Source: Candidatus Berkelbacteria bacterium RIFCSPLOWO2_01_FULL_50_28
Lineage (GTDB): Bacteria > Patescibacteriota > UBA1384 > 2-12-FULL-50-11
DNA length: 64,000 bases
Direction: 5' to 3'
Assembly: GCA_001774395.1 (NCBI GenBank)
Contig: MEZX01000001.1
Coordinates: 27,643 to 91,642 of the forward strand
Shown: piece by piece, positions 37,117 to 46,334 of the stretch
Layout: each line of letters opens with the position of its first letter
How positions within the stretch are numbered: the first letter of the stretch is position 1
Program-made: the position numbers and the translations under genes
Notes under the pieces: model-generated
What the model was told of the DNA's origin: nothing
Database searches by the model: none
What the model saw: the letters and a program-made list of their open reading frames with translations, nothing else

Positions 37117-38008
37117 TCAGTGAGGCCAGGATACTCTCTTGGGAAAATTTAGCAAGACCCACTGTTCCTTTAGCGCTGTAATAAAGGTGAAAGCTACCGC
37201 GTTGCAGCAGCAGACTGCTCCAACTTACCGCCGAGTTCGGAGATGTTGGCAGCCGCCAAAGCGGTTCAGTCGAACGCTTCAGAACGACTAGCGGGTTTTC
37301 TTTCGCCAGTAAGGCCGCTTCCAAATAGAGTTCGTTTTTCTCACTTCGGCCGTAGAGCAGTAGCCAGCCATTCTCGACAAGTATTGGCGGCGGGCCGAGC
37401 GAAAGAATGCCGCCTGTGGTCTTTCCTTCAGTGGAAAGCAGCTGCAAACTCCCCTCGAACTCGTCCCACTGTTTGGCGTTACTCAACATAAGGTTGCCAG
37501 AGAGCGCCTGCAGTAGCCACAGACGGCTGCTGATCCGCGCTGGAAACGAGACAGCAGCGTCGCAGCCCAAATTCGGCATTATCGGGCCGGTAAGCCTGAA
37601 ATGACGCAAGTCTTTCGTTGAGAGGGTAAAAATACTTTGCTTCCACGGCACCGCTTGTTCCGTGTCTTTGAGATTGATCGTGCCAATTGGCAGTACCGTT
37701 CGGCCGATAGCACAGATTATTGTTTCTTTACCAGAAGTGAGTATCGCCCGCGGTTGAATAAGGCCAAGGCGAGCATCTGGCACGTCGTCAGGAGTTTCGT
37801 AGATTGGAGAGTCCAGCCGTTTGAACAGCTCGCCGTCGTCACTCACGGCCAAGCCAAGTCGACTGATGCCGTCTTCGCCCAGAGCGGCGTAGAGAAGCTG
37901 GTATTTTCCGGCAAACTCAACCACGGCAGGGCTAGACAGCCCACCTCGTTCCCACCAAATATCCTGAGGCTCGAGAACGGTTGAGTGGATAACTTCCATC
38001 ATCACCAA
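37109..38008 (-). CDS. Beta-propeller glycosidase-like protein (GH130/DUF377-like), tentative
   Basis: W..GG..SP.VV...G.Y.LLY.A.G.DG.SRLGLAVSDDG..F patterns resemble the GH130/GH43-like five-bladed propeller family. Confidence 0.35.
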   Translation of the reverse strand: MVMMEVIHSTVLEPQDIWWERGGLSSPAVVEFAGKYQLLYAALGEDGISRLGLAVSDDGELFKRLDSPIYETPDDVPDARLGLIQPRAILTSGKETIICAIGRTVLPIGTINLKDTEQAVPWKQSIFTLSTKDLRHFRLTGPIMPNLGCDAAVSFPARISSRLWLLQALSGNLMLSNAKQWDEFEGSLQLLSTEGKTTGGILSLGPPPILVENGWLLLYGRSEKNELYLEAALLAKENPLVVLKRSTEPLWRLPTSPNSAVSWSSLLLQRGSFHLYYSAKGTVGLAKFSQESILASLNV

Positions 38009-38038
38009 ATTGGCAGTAAAGACCCCTCAAGTAAAGCT

Positions 38039-40147
38039 CTAAGGGGTAGCGGCTTTGAAACGACGTCCGCGCATCGCCAGTGTACCAGCAGCTAGACTAA
38101 GCAGGCCGAGGACGTTAACGCTCTCATTTTGCAGCGGCGAAGCGCCGGAGTTGCTAGTTGCCCCAGATACTTGAACCTGAGGCGCCCAAGGCAACTGAGT
38201 TGGTAAGGTGACGGAAGAAACTCTGACCGGAATCGAGCGCGAATTGGTCGAAGATGCGATTGGGCTGATGGTGGCGGTTGGGCTGCTTGCAACTGGCGCT
38301 ACCACAGGAGCTGGCGCTATCGGCCTTGAGATTAGCTTGAACTTTGAGCCCAGCGCCCAAGCCTCAACCTGACCAGCGGAAGCGTTCCAATCAACAACGA
38401 CCGGCACGCTTACCTGGTCCTTGGCAACAAAGCTCTCTTTGGCAAGCAAGAAATGCAGCTTGAGTAACGTTCCAGTTGCCTCAAGCGAGACGTAATCCTT
38501 ACTGACCGCGCTGACCAGGCCGCGTAAATCCACCGCCCGGCCCATGAGCGAGGCAAAACTGCTAACAGGGAATTCACTTCGCATGAATTGTTGTGTACCG
38601 CCCAACACCAGATCGTCGAGTGCATCCAGCGTGATGCGTTGCACCTGGCTTTCGCTTTTCTCTCCGGTGATAGTCGCAAAGCGATTAATCGACTCCGGCA
38701 GGCTGCCGTGAGTCGAACTGAGATAAACTTGGATTCCGGCCTGATCATCTTGCAAATAAACTACGTCGTCCGAAACGACTCCAGGACCAACAGCTAGTAC
38801 CCCGCTAGTTTCAAGTAGTGTGCCAGCGGGCAAGGCTCTTGCTTCTTTTAAGGAAACGCTAAGTGTCGGCTCAACGGGAAGTGTAGTTCGACTCCAGGAG
38901 ATAAAGTCGCTACTTTTATACAGGTTCACATTTCCCTGACCTGAATTTGTTACCACTGAAACTAGCCCCAGATTTGGACGGAAAAAAGTCGCCCTTATCG
39001 GAGAAGTTGTCGATGACCACGGATTAACTTTTTGGGCGACGGTCGAGCCAAACGGCAAGACGTGGCTAAGACCACCGGTGTTACCAGCAGTTTGCCAGAA
39101 GAAGAATCCCGAAGGTAGTGCTTGAACCTGGTTATAAACGCCCGTTGTCGTGAAAGTCTGCCAGAAGCCAACGAGTAAAGAAATCTTGTTACTTGTGCCA
39201 AAGATCACCGCGTGGCCGTAGTGAGGATCGTAAATTGCGTTACTAGCCTCGGTTACTCTTTCTAGCGTTTGACTGCCAACGTATGTTAGCTCGTACCAGC
39301 CTCCCGTAAAACGAAGTAGTACTCTATCAGAAATCGCTTTTACTTCGCTTAGGGTCGCCGGGTTAGGGTCAGTTAGTTCAACAGAATAAAGCAAGCCGTC
39401 TTTCCAAACATAAAGATCTTCCGGATTTCCGCGCCCGGACGCGGCCAGAATACTTGAGGTGACTGACGGCTGTTGAATCTTTGGCAGGCTAAACACAGCC
39501 CAGCTGTTGGCACCTGGCACGAAAACTTCCCCCGAGTTGCACCACATAAACGGAAAAGGATTCGGATACAGCGCGAACTCACCGCAGAGAATTGAGCTAT
39601 TGGGAATCCAGCCGCTCGGAGTGAGCTTGTACATTATGACGTTCGGGGCAGTTTCAAGCGCGTACCAGATACTTCCTGATGCTAGAAACAAGTTCTCGCG
39701 GCTAAGGTTGCGATTTGTTGGTAGCCCTGTTTTGGCTGTAAAAACCCCGTTGGCGTTCAGGATAAATGTTTGGGAGACCGCACCTTTTTTGGTGAAAGCA
39801 AAGAATCTTCCACCAACCTCCGTGAGCGTCAAGCTGTCCGAATCACCTAGAGTTTCGTCAAGGCGCCAGTCCAAACTAGTTCGACTGCGCAACAATCGAT
39901 GAGTGCCCTCTTGCTCAAGTATAATAAAACGCTCGGCGGTAAAATACTCTACTTGTTTAATATGACCAGTATCGGGTAACACCGCCAGCTGCCATTTCTT
40001 TAACACTCCACGCTGTTTGTAGGCGTTTGTTTCGGTGGCAAAAAGCGTTCCGTTATTGGTTTCGAGAAAGAAATGCGCTTGAGCAGATGAAATAGGGAGA
40101 AATAAAGCAATAACAACGGCTACGAACTCAAAGCTTCTCTTTAACAT
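38039..40147 (-). CDS. Large secreted/surface protein with C-terminal hydrophobic anchor
   Basis: 702 aa. N-terminal signal peptide, Ser/Thr/Pro-rich segment near the C-terminus, terminal hydrophobic stretch followed by basic residues (LAMRGRRFK). Confidence 0.55.
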   Translation of the reverse strand: MLKRSFEFVAVVIALFLPISSAQAHFFLETNNGTLFATETNAYKQRGVLKKWQLAVLPDTGHIKQVEYFTAERFIILEQEGTHRLLRSRTSLDWRLDETLGDSDSLTLTEVGGRFFAFTKKGAVSQTFILNANGVFTAKTGLPTNRNLSRENLFLASGSIWYALETAPNVIMYKLTPSGWIPNSSILCGEFALYPNPFPFMWCNSGEVFVPGANSWAVFSLPKIQQPSVTSSILAASGRGNPEDLYVWKDGLLYSVELTDPNPATLSEVKAISDRVLLRFTGGWYELTYVGSQTLERVTEASNAIYDPHYGHAVIFGTSNKISLLVGFWQTFTTTGVYNQVQALPSGFFFWQTAGNTGGLSHVLPFGSTVAQKVNPWSSTTSPIRATFFRPNLGLVSVVTNSGQGNVNLYKSSDFISWSRTTLPVEPTLSVSLKEARALPAGTLLETSGVLAVGPGVVSDDVVYLQDDQAGIQVYLSSTHGSLPESINRFATITGEKSESQVQRITLDALDDLVLGGTQQFMRSEFPVSSFASLMGRAVDLRGLVSAVSKDYVSLEATGTLLKLHFLLAKESFVAKDQVSVPVVVDWNASAGQVEAWALGSKFKLISRPIAPAPVVAPVASSPTATISPIASSTNSRSIPVRVSSVTLPTQLPWAPQVQVSGATSNSGASPLQNESVNVLGLLSLAAGTLAMRGRRFKAATP

Positions 40148-40724
40148 GGATACTCCGATGAAGCTCCAAGATTATCCGCGCTAAGCGGTTCGGGTCGGGT
40201 AGATCAGGAATAGTGAAATAGCCCTGCAAGCCGAACTTTGACTGCGTTTCACCGCTGCCCTCACCGGCTGTCTCCACTACCAAATGCCCGTAGTTAAAGT
40301 AATTTTGGATAAACCCCGAAACTTCAGCACTAACATTTTGTACTTGGCCTAAGCTCAGTTCGGAAACCTGTCGCGAAAGCAGTCCTTCTTGGGCAACGTT
40401 TAGGAGCCGTTCACTGGTGATGAAGATGATATCGTAATAGTAGTTAATCCAGGCGCCAAAGATAAAAGTCAGCAAGAAAAGATAGTAGCTCGCAACAAGT
40501 ACAATCAAGAAGAAAGTGAAGTTTGAGGGTGCATCGAAGACGTAGTGCGACAGGATTATTACTAACACTGGGAATATGGCCATCGCTAAACTGATCGCAA
40601 TTGTTCCCAAAAATCCCGCCCAGTGACGCCGAACCACGACCTTTATCTCCTCGTCGGTATGCAAATTTAGGTATAGAAACGCTGGGTCATTCACGTCAAC
40701 ATCAAACTGAACCAGGTGACTCAT
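40128..40724 (-). CDS. Bacterial PH-domain (YdbS/DUF304-like) membrane protein
   Basis: Hairpin of TM helices flanking a short soluble domain. 198 aa. Confidence 0.4.
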   Translation of the reverse strand: MSHLVQFDVDVNDPAFLYLNLHTDEEIKVVVRRHWAGFLGTIAISLAMAIFPVLVIILSHYVFDAPSNFTFFLIVLVASYYLFLLTFIFGAWINYYYDIIFITSERLLNVAQEGLLSRQVSELSLGQVQNVSAEVSGFIQNYFNYGHLVVETAGEGSGETQSKFGLQGYFTIPDLPDPNRLARIILELHRSIHVKEKL

Positions 40725-40755
40725 CTCGCGAACGTTAGTGAATGCAACGGTACGT

Positions 40756-40956
40756 TCATTTGCCTAGAATTATCACTGAGCTAGCCACCAAGACCGTCAT
40801 CATCAGGGCGCTGTGAATTCCAAGAACTACAAGCGATGCGTCGCCCGGCAGGCGGAAACGAAATATCTGAAAAACATAAAGGAAATTAATTACCAAAATA
40901 ACCAACAGAAATAGGCTGTAACCAAGCAGTATCCCCCCTTCGAGCGTTAGAGACAT
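40756..40956 (-). CDS. Small hypothetical membrane protein
   Basis: 66-aa ORF with two hydrophobic helices. Operon position between the hydrolase and PH-domain genes. Confidence 0.3.
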   Translation of the reverse strand: MSLTLEGGILLGYSLFLLVILVINFLYVFQIFRFRLPGDASLVVLGIHSALMMTVLVASSVIILGK

Positions 40957-40960
40957 AAGG

Positions 40961-42181
40961 TTATTTTCGCGTAATTATCATCGACCGAACTTGGTTAGCG
41001 GCGTAACTTCGCCCCGGCCCGAGCGGATCATGCATAATATATTTACCGCTGCTTCGACCGTATAAGACAATAAAGTGCGACGATCCATCGCCGTTAATTA
41101 CTCCCACGGCAGGGATATAGATGCTTACCATCACCGGAAATCCGCTATCAAGCTCGGAATTCACGGTTGCCCAGTTAATAGGTGATGTGGAAAAGGTTGA
41201 AAAACTGGTTGGCGACGGCGGCAGTTTCGTAAGATAACCACCGTAGTCGAAGTTACCTGGGTAGCGAGCGATCTGTGACGGCGTTACTCGTTTGCCGTTG
41301 AAGGTTGAGACCATCGCGATTGAAGTTATCAGACAGCCGTACTGCCCCACAGTGTACGGTGAATTTCCCAAGCGCGTACTGCTGTAAGCCGGATCGAGTT
41401 GGCTGAAGTACCAAGAGCCCTGCTGTACAGAAACAATATCACTCCCCCACGAAGCCTGAGCAATCAAGACGCTCATCTTGCGCTCGACTTCAGCAATATT
41501 TTGTTGAATTTCCTTACTTAGACCCTTGTAATAGGACGCGTTCGACTGGGCCACCGACAGCAGGTAGGTTTGCTGTGACTTTTTGTTTGAAAGCGCTAAG
41601 CGATCGGTTGATAGAGTCCGGCGCTGGGCTTCCAGGCCCTGGCGCTGAGTTTCGCGTTGGTCTTGCGATTCCTTAAGGCTTACCAGCTGTGCCTGGAGCT
41701 GTGTTTGAATAGACTGGAGATACTGCGCCTGAATCAGAGCGTCATTGATCGAGGAACTAAAGACTATGCCCGTTGGACTGGTTCGAGACATCTCATACAA
41801 ACTAACGTACGCTTCCGCCATTCTGTCTTGGCGTTTGATAATATCAGCTGAAAGCTGAGATAGAATTTTCTCCGCCAGCGCGATCTGACTTTCGGTGTTA
41901 GCAATTCGTCCTTCGGTATAGTAAATATCTCCTTGGATGTCCTGAACGACACCACGGAGGTTAGAGGCCTGATTAGAATTTTGCTTGTAGCTCGCGTCAG
42001 CCGCAAGCTGGCGTAGTTTCAGTTGCTGTTGGAGTTGAGTACACTCGGCTAACGAGCTGCAATTCTCAGCCTTTACTAGCTCTGGAAATTGACCAAAGGC
42101 CACGAGCATTACTAGAACTGCTCCAACTGTAGAAACTCTTTTTAGCCAATTAGAATTCATCTCGTGAACCAATCTTAACAT
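40961..42181 (-). CDS. Coiled-coil + C-terminal papain-like (NlpC/P60/CHAP-type) peptidoglycan hydrolase, PcsB/CwlO-like
   Basis: Signal peptide, ~230-aa Q/L/S-rich coiled-coil. C-terminal domain with candidate catalytic Cys (GQYGCLITS) and His (GSSHFIVLYG). Immediately downstream of ftsE-ftsX. Confidence 0.6.
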   Translation of the reverse strand: MLRLVHEMNSNWLKRVSTVGAVLVMLVAFGQFPELVKAENCSSLAECTQLQQQLKLRQLAADASYKQNSNQASNLRGVVQDIQGDIYYTEGRIANTESQIALAEKILSQLSADIIKRQDRMAEAYVSLYEMSRTSPTGIVFSSSINDALIQAQYLQSIQTQLQAQLVSLKESQDQRETQRQGLEAQRRTLSTDRLALSNKKSQQTYLLSVAQSNASYYKGLSKEIQQNIAEVERKMSVLIAQASWGSDIVSVQQGSWYFSQLDPAYSSTRLGNSPYTVGQYGCLITSIAMVSTFNGKRVTPSQIARYPGNFDYGGYLTKLPPSPTSFSTFSTSPINWATVNSELDSGFPVMVSIYIPAVGVINGDGSSHFIVLYGRSSGKYIMHDPLGPGRSYAANQVRSMIITRK

Positions 42182-42218
42182 AACAACTCAACAACGCACG
42201 TAAACATCCTCCAATTTC

Positions 42219-43151
42219 CTACGCCCGCAGATACCGACGGATTGAAACGAGACTAACGATCACCCCCAAACCCAAGCCCAAACCAAGTTGAGTGGCCAGC
42301 AAAATTGGCAGGTGGTTAAGAACGTAACCTTTTATATCAACCCCCAGGACCGTGAAAGCTTGTCCGATCTCTCCCCCAACGCCCAACGCAGATATCGCCA
42401 TTACCAAAGCCGGTAACGCTAGTAGCGTTAGTACTGTCCCAAGCAAACCGTACGCAATACCCTCTACAACAAACGGCCCCCGGATAAAAGCGTTCGAGGC
42501 GCCAACAAAACGCATAATCTCGATCTCGTCGGAGCGTGCGGCAACAGTTAGACGAACGATGTTTGAAACATTGAATATAGCGATAATGCCAAAGAACAAA
42601 CTCAGCATCCAGCCAATCTGCTGCAGAGCCCGAGTACCTCGAATCAACTGGTCAACTATCTCCTTGTTTTGCTTGTATGAAATACAATCGCTACAAATTA
42701 GCTTTCCTTTATCGATCGCGCCAATCTGCAGCGCTAGGTTCGGGAGGTTATCGACATCGCTCGAACCGACCTCCAAACTGCGGGGCAGGTAATTATTTTC
42801 GGTCCCGATCTGTTTCTTGATGTTATCGTTAACGTTTGGCAGTCGGTGGAAGATTGCCAACGCCGCCGTTTTGTCCGTAAAGTTAACTGAAGCCACACCG
42901 TCCAGGGTTTTAATCTTCTCTCCGAGAGCGATAATTTTCTGGTCGGGAACTTTATCGATCCGAAAAAAGATTGTTAAGTTTATTTTTTCCCGAATAAGAG
43001 TTGCCGTATCTTTAATCACAAAAGTAACAAGCAACGAAACCGACACCATCGTCAGGGTTAGCGTCATCAGTAAAGTTGCCCCAAGCGTCAACCAATTGTT
43101 GCGCCAGAAGTTCTTTAACCCCAGTCTGATGATTCGACCAAATGTTTCCAT
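42219..43151 (-). CDS. ftsX: Cell-division ABC transporter permease FtsX
   Basis: 4-TM FtsX topology with an extracellular loop. Adjacent to ftsE. Confidence 0.75.
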   Translation of the reverse strand: METFGRIIRLGLKNFWRNNWLTLGATLLMTLTLTMVSVSLLVTFVIKDTATLIREKINLTIFFRIDKVPDQKIIALGEKIKTLDGVASVNFTDKTAALAIFHRLPNVNDNIKKQIGTENNYLPRSLEVGSSDVDNLPNLALQIGAIDKGKLICSDCISYKQNKEIVDQLIRGTRALQQIGWMLSLFFGIIAIFNVSNIVRLTVAARSDEIEIMRFVGASNAFIRGPFVVEGIAYGLLGTVLTLLALPALVMAISALGVGGEIGQAFTVLGVDIKGYVLNHLPILLATQLGLGLGLGVIVSLVSIRRYLRA

Positions 43152-43252
43152 GGTCTACGACAGCTCCCAGCTTGCGGCTTGCGGCTTGCAGCTAAATCCA
43201 AAGAGCTGAATGCTGATAGCTGCTTGCTGATAGCCAAAAAGACTTTGATTTT

Positions 43253-44002
43253 TCATATGACGTATTTACCAGACTTCTGGTCGCTTATAATTTTGCCCGA
43301 TTTCATTAGGATTACTCGGCGTTGAATTTGGTCGACGGCCTGGCGATTATGCGTTGCCAAAATTACCGTCGTGCCTTTTTGGTTGATGCGATACAGAAGC
43401 TCCACAATCTCCCAAGTACTGACAGGATCGAGGTTTCCGGTTGGCTCGTCAGCTATTAGAAGTTTCGGTGAGTGAACAAGTGCCCGGGCAATGGCGGTTC
43501 GCTGTCGTTCTCCGCCCGAGAGTTCGGCCGGGTAGTTGGCGCGTCGACGAGTTAGATTAACTAAATCCAGTACTTTTTCTACGCGTCTCTTTATTTCCGT
43601 CGCCGATACACCGCAAACCTCCAGAGCAAACGCAACGTTCTCAAAGACGGTTTTTTGCGGTAAGAGTTTGAAGTCCTGGAACACGACACCTATTTTTCGG
43701 CGGTAGTACGGCACTTCCGAATCGCGCAGCTCGGCAAGCTCACGTCCAGCCACAAAGAGATGACCGGTACTAGGCGACTCTTGCTTCGTTAGTAACTTAA
43801 CCAGAGTAGTCTTGCCTGCCCCGCTCTGTCCGACCAAACAGACAAATTCCCCCTCGTAAATTACCAGCGTTACTTCCCCTACCGCCACGCGATTACCGTA
43901 CTTTTTAGTAAGCGATTTCATTTCGATTAGCGGCACCTTAACTTTGGATTCAACAGCAGGCCTTGTAAGCTTGGGTGAACCGACGGTCAAAATTTCCTGC
44001 AT
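43253..44002 (-). CDS. ftsE: Cell-division ABC transporter ATP-binding protein FtsE
   Basis: [30 protein letters not shown]. 249 aa. Confidence 0.8.
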   Translation of the reverse strand: MQEILTVGSPKLTRPAVESKVKVPLIEMKSLTKKYGNRVAVGEVTLVIYEGEFVCLVGQSGAGKTTLVKLLTKQESPSTGHLFVAGRELAELRDSEVPYYRRKIGVVFQDFKLLPQKTVFENVAFALEVCGVSATEIKRRVEKVLDLVNLTRRRANYPAELSGGERQRTAIARALVHSPKLLIADEPTGNLDPVSTWEIVELLYRINQKGTTVILATHNRQAVDQIQRRVILMKSGKIISDQKSGKYVI

Positions 44003-44046
44003 CTACCTGAGGATACCAGGCCTAGACGAAAGTAAAAAGGCTTATC

Positions 44047-45423
44047 CTACAAGAAAATCGAATAGATCGTCGCTAGGCCAACCACTGTCATGATTGCAGT
44101 CGTTAGCCAACCCAGAGCAGTAGAGAAGTGACCGTTGGTGTGCGAGCCCATCACAGAGCGGTTGCTTGCAATTTTGACAATTAGAAACAGGATTACTGGC
44201 GCTATCAGGCCGTTAGCAACAGCCGAATAGATCAGCGCCTTTATTGGGTCAAGCCCAACGAAATTCAGGAGAACACCAACTACCATTGAAAAAATGATTA
44301 CACCGTAAAAAGCATATGCTTCCTTCAGTTTCCACCGTAGTCCTTCTTTCCAACCGAACGCTTCAGATAGGGCGTACGAAGCGCTACCAGCTAGTATCGG
44401 AATCGCCAAGAGCCCCACCGCAAACATTCCGAGGGCAAACAGAAGATAAGCAGAGTTTCCCGCGAGCGGCCGCAGGGCTTCAGCAGCTTGAGCTGCAGTA
44501 CCGATATTTGTAATGCCATTTTTGAACAGCACCGCCGCACTAACAACAATAATGAAAAACATGACGGCGTTTGATAGGAACATCCCCGACCAGCTGTCAA
44601 TTCTCATTTCACGGATCTGTTTACGCGTGATGACTTCCTTGTCTAACGCCTCCTGGCTGCCATCTCGCTCGAGCGATTCTTCAACTTCTTGAGATGTTTG
44701 CCAGAAGAAAAGATACGGCGAAATTGTTGTACCGAAAACTCCACAGATTAAAATAACCTGTTCCCGGCTAAAATCAACAGACGGCAAGACGGCGCTCTTT
44801 AGAACCGAAAGCCAATTTATATCGCGGATAAAGAAAGCGGTAAGAACGTAGGAAAAAAGCAATAGCGTTAGATATTTTAGGTATCGGGAATAAATTCGGT
44901 AGTTGAAAAATATCTGCAATGTTAGGCAGAGAGCGGCGAAGAATATCACCAGCAAAGAATAATTTGCGCCCGGCCAGAGAAGTCTGGTTGACTCTGCTAA
45001 AGCCCCTAAATCGGCGCCGATGTTAAAGCTGTTGGCTGCAAAAAGTAATGTTGCACAAAGCAGAAGAACCCATTTCGGGAAAAGCGTACGAATATTTGCC
45101 GCCAAACCGCGCTTTGTGACCAAACCAATACGAGCGCACATCTCCTGAACAAGACCCATCAGCGGGAAAGTGAACGCCGCTAGCCATAAAAGTTGGAAGC
45201 CGTACTGGCTGCCGGTTTGTGAGTAAGTGGCTACACCGGAGTTGTCATCGTCAGCTCCACCAGTTACTAGCCCTGGTCCCAAAACCTGCCAGTATTTTTT
45301 TATCTGCTTGAACGGCTTTTGTGTTTTAAGGGTTTCGACGGCTGATACTGAGCCCTCGATGGTTTTCTCTACTGCAATTGCGGGTGCCTCAACGATCTCT
45401 TCAACAATTCCCTTTCTATCCAT
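44047..45423 (-). CDS. mntH: Nramp-family divalent metal (Mn2+/Fe2+) transporter
   Basis: GPGLVTGGADDDNSGVATYSQTGSQYGFQLLW ... MGLVQEMCARIGLVT matches Nramp consensus motifs. 458 aa, multi-TM. Confidence 0.8.
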   Translation of the reverse strand: MDRKGIVEEIVEAPAIAVEKTIEGSVSAVETLKTQKPFKQIKKYWQVLGPGLVTGGADDDNSGVATYSQTGSQYGFQLLWLAAFTFPLMGLVQEMCARIGLVTKRGLAANIRTLFPKWVLLLCATLLFAANSFNIGADLGALAESTRLLWPGANYSLLVIFFAALCLTLQIFFNYRIYSRYLKYLTLLLFSYVLTAFFIRDINWLSVLKSAVLPSVDFSREQVILICGVFGTTISPYLFFWQTSQEVEESLERDGSQEALDKEVITRKQIREMRIDSWSGMFLSNAVMFFIIVVSAAVLFKNGITNIGTAAQAAEALRPLAGNSAYLLFALGMFAVGLLAIPILAGSASYALSEAFGWKEGLRWKLKEAYAFYGVIIFSMVVGVLLNFVGLDPIKALIYSAVANGLIAPVILFLIVKIASNRSVMGSHTNGHFSTALGWLTTAIMTVVGLATIYSIFL

Positions 45424-45489
45424 CGGTATAATGATGTCAGAAAAACTGCCGCATCAACAGCCAAACGGAAAAGGTTAGATTGTGGCGGC

Positions 45490-46278
45490 TTACTGATCAA
45501 CCTCCGTCTGGAGTGAACGGGAGAGAAGCGGGTCAAATGTTGGGAGAGCCTGCGAAAAGACTTTCCAGCAGCGCTCGGCGGCAACTTGCTCACCACGAGA
45601 TCGGTACAGGACACTCAAAAACCCCGAGATCTCAGCAATCGGCAGGGTGTAATTTTGATCCGGATGGTCGGCCTCAAACCAACTTTTCGCCTCGAGTGCC
45701 AACGCCAGCGCGGGTTCGAGCTGTTCGCTCGCAGACAGAACTTTTGCTTGATCAAAAAGAACTATGGTGTTGTTTAATCCCGCTACCGGCACCTTGCGTA
45801 GGGTACTGAGCGCCTGCTCGATCTGAGCTAAGCCACCCTGACTATCACCCCAGCGGGAAAGCCATAGCCCGTATTTACTGTAAGTTATCCCCAGCTCCTC
45901 AAAACTATCTCTCCGGGATAGAGTTTCAATCGCCTCGGTGAATAACTCGATTGCTTCGCTTTTGGCCCCCATTTTTGCCGCGGCGACGGCCTCCTCACGA
46001 AGACACGCTCCCAGACCTGTTTCATCGTGAACGCCAATGTAAATATTTTTGGCCTTAGTCAGCATCGCTAGAGCATCGCGATACGTTGCGACTGTCTGGC
46101 TCGAGATAGTCATAATCAGACTGCTTGCAGCAAGTTGAAACGCTCTAGCCGCAACAGTCGACTCGCCTTGCCCGTTTGCCGAACTGGCAATGGAAAGATA
46201 CTTTTTCACGGCGTTTTCCACCTTGCCGTCGAAACGCAAATTGTCCGCTTCTAGCAGTAAGTCTTCAAACTCTTCCAT
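45490..46278 (-). CDS. TPR-like repeat hypothetical protein
   Basis: 262 aa of Ala/Leu-rich helical repeats. No catalytic motif. Confidence 0.45.
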   Translation of the reverse strand: MEEFEDLLLEADNLRFDGKVENAVKKYLSIASSANGQGESTVAARAFQLAASSLIMTISSQTVATYRDALAMLTKAKNIYIGVHDETGLGACLREEAVAAAKMGAKSEAIELFTEAIETLSRRDSFEELGITYSKYGLWLSRWGDSQGGLAQIEQALSTLRKVPVAGLNNTIVLFDQAKVLSASEQLEPALALALEAKSWFEADHPDQNYTLPIAEISGFLSVLYRSRGEQVAAERCWKVFSQALPTFDPLLSRSLQTEVDQ

Positions 46279-46334
46279 CTCTACTTTCAGTGCGGTTGGT
46301 GGGGGACTCCGCTTGGGCTTGACGGCTTTGGACG

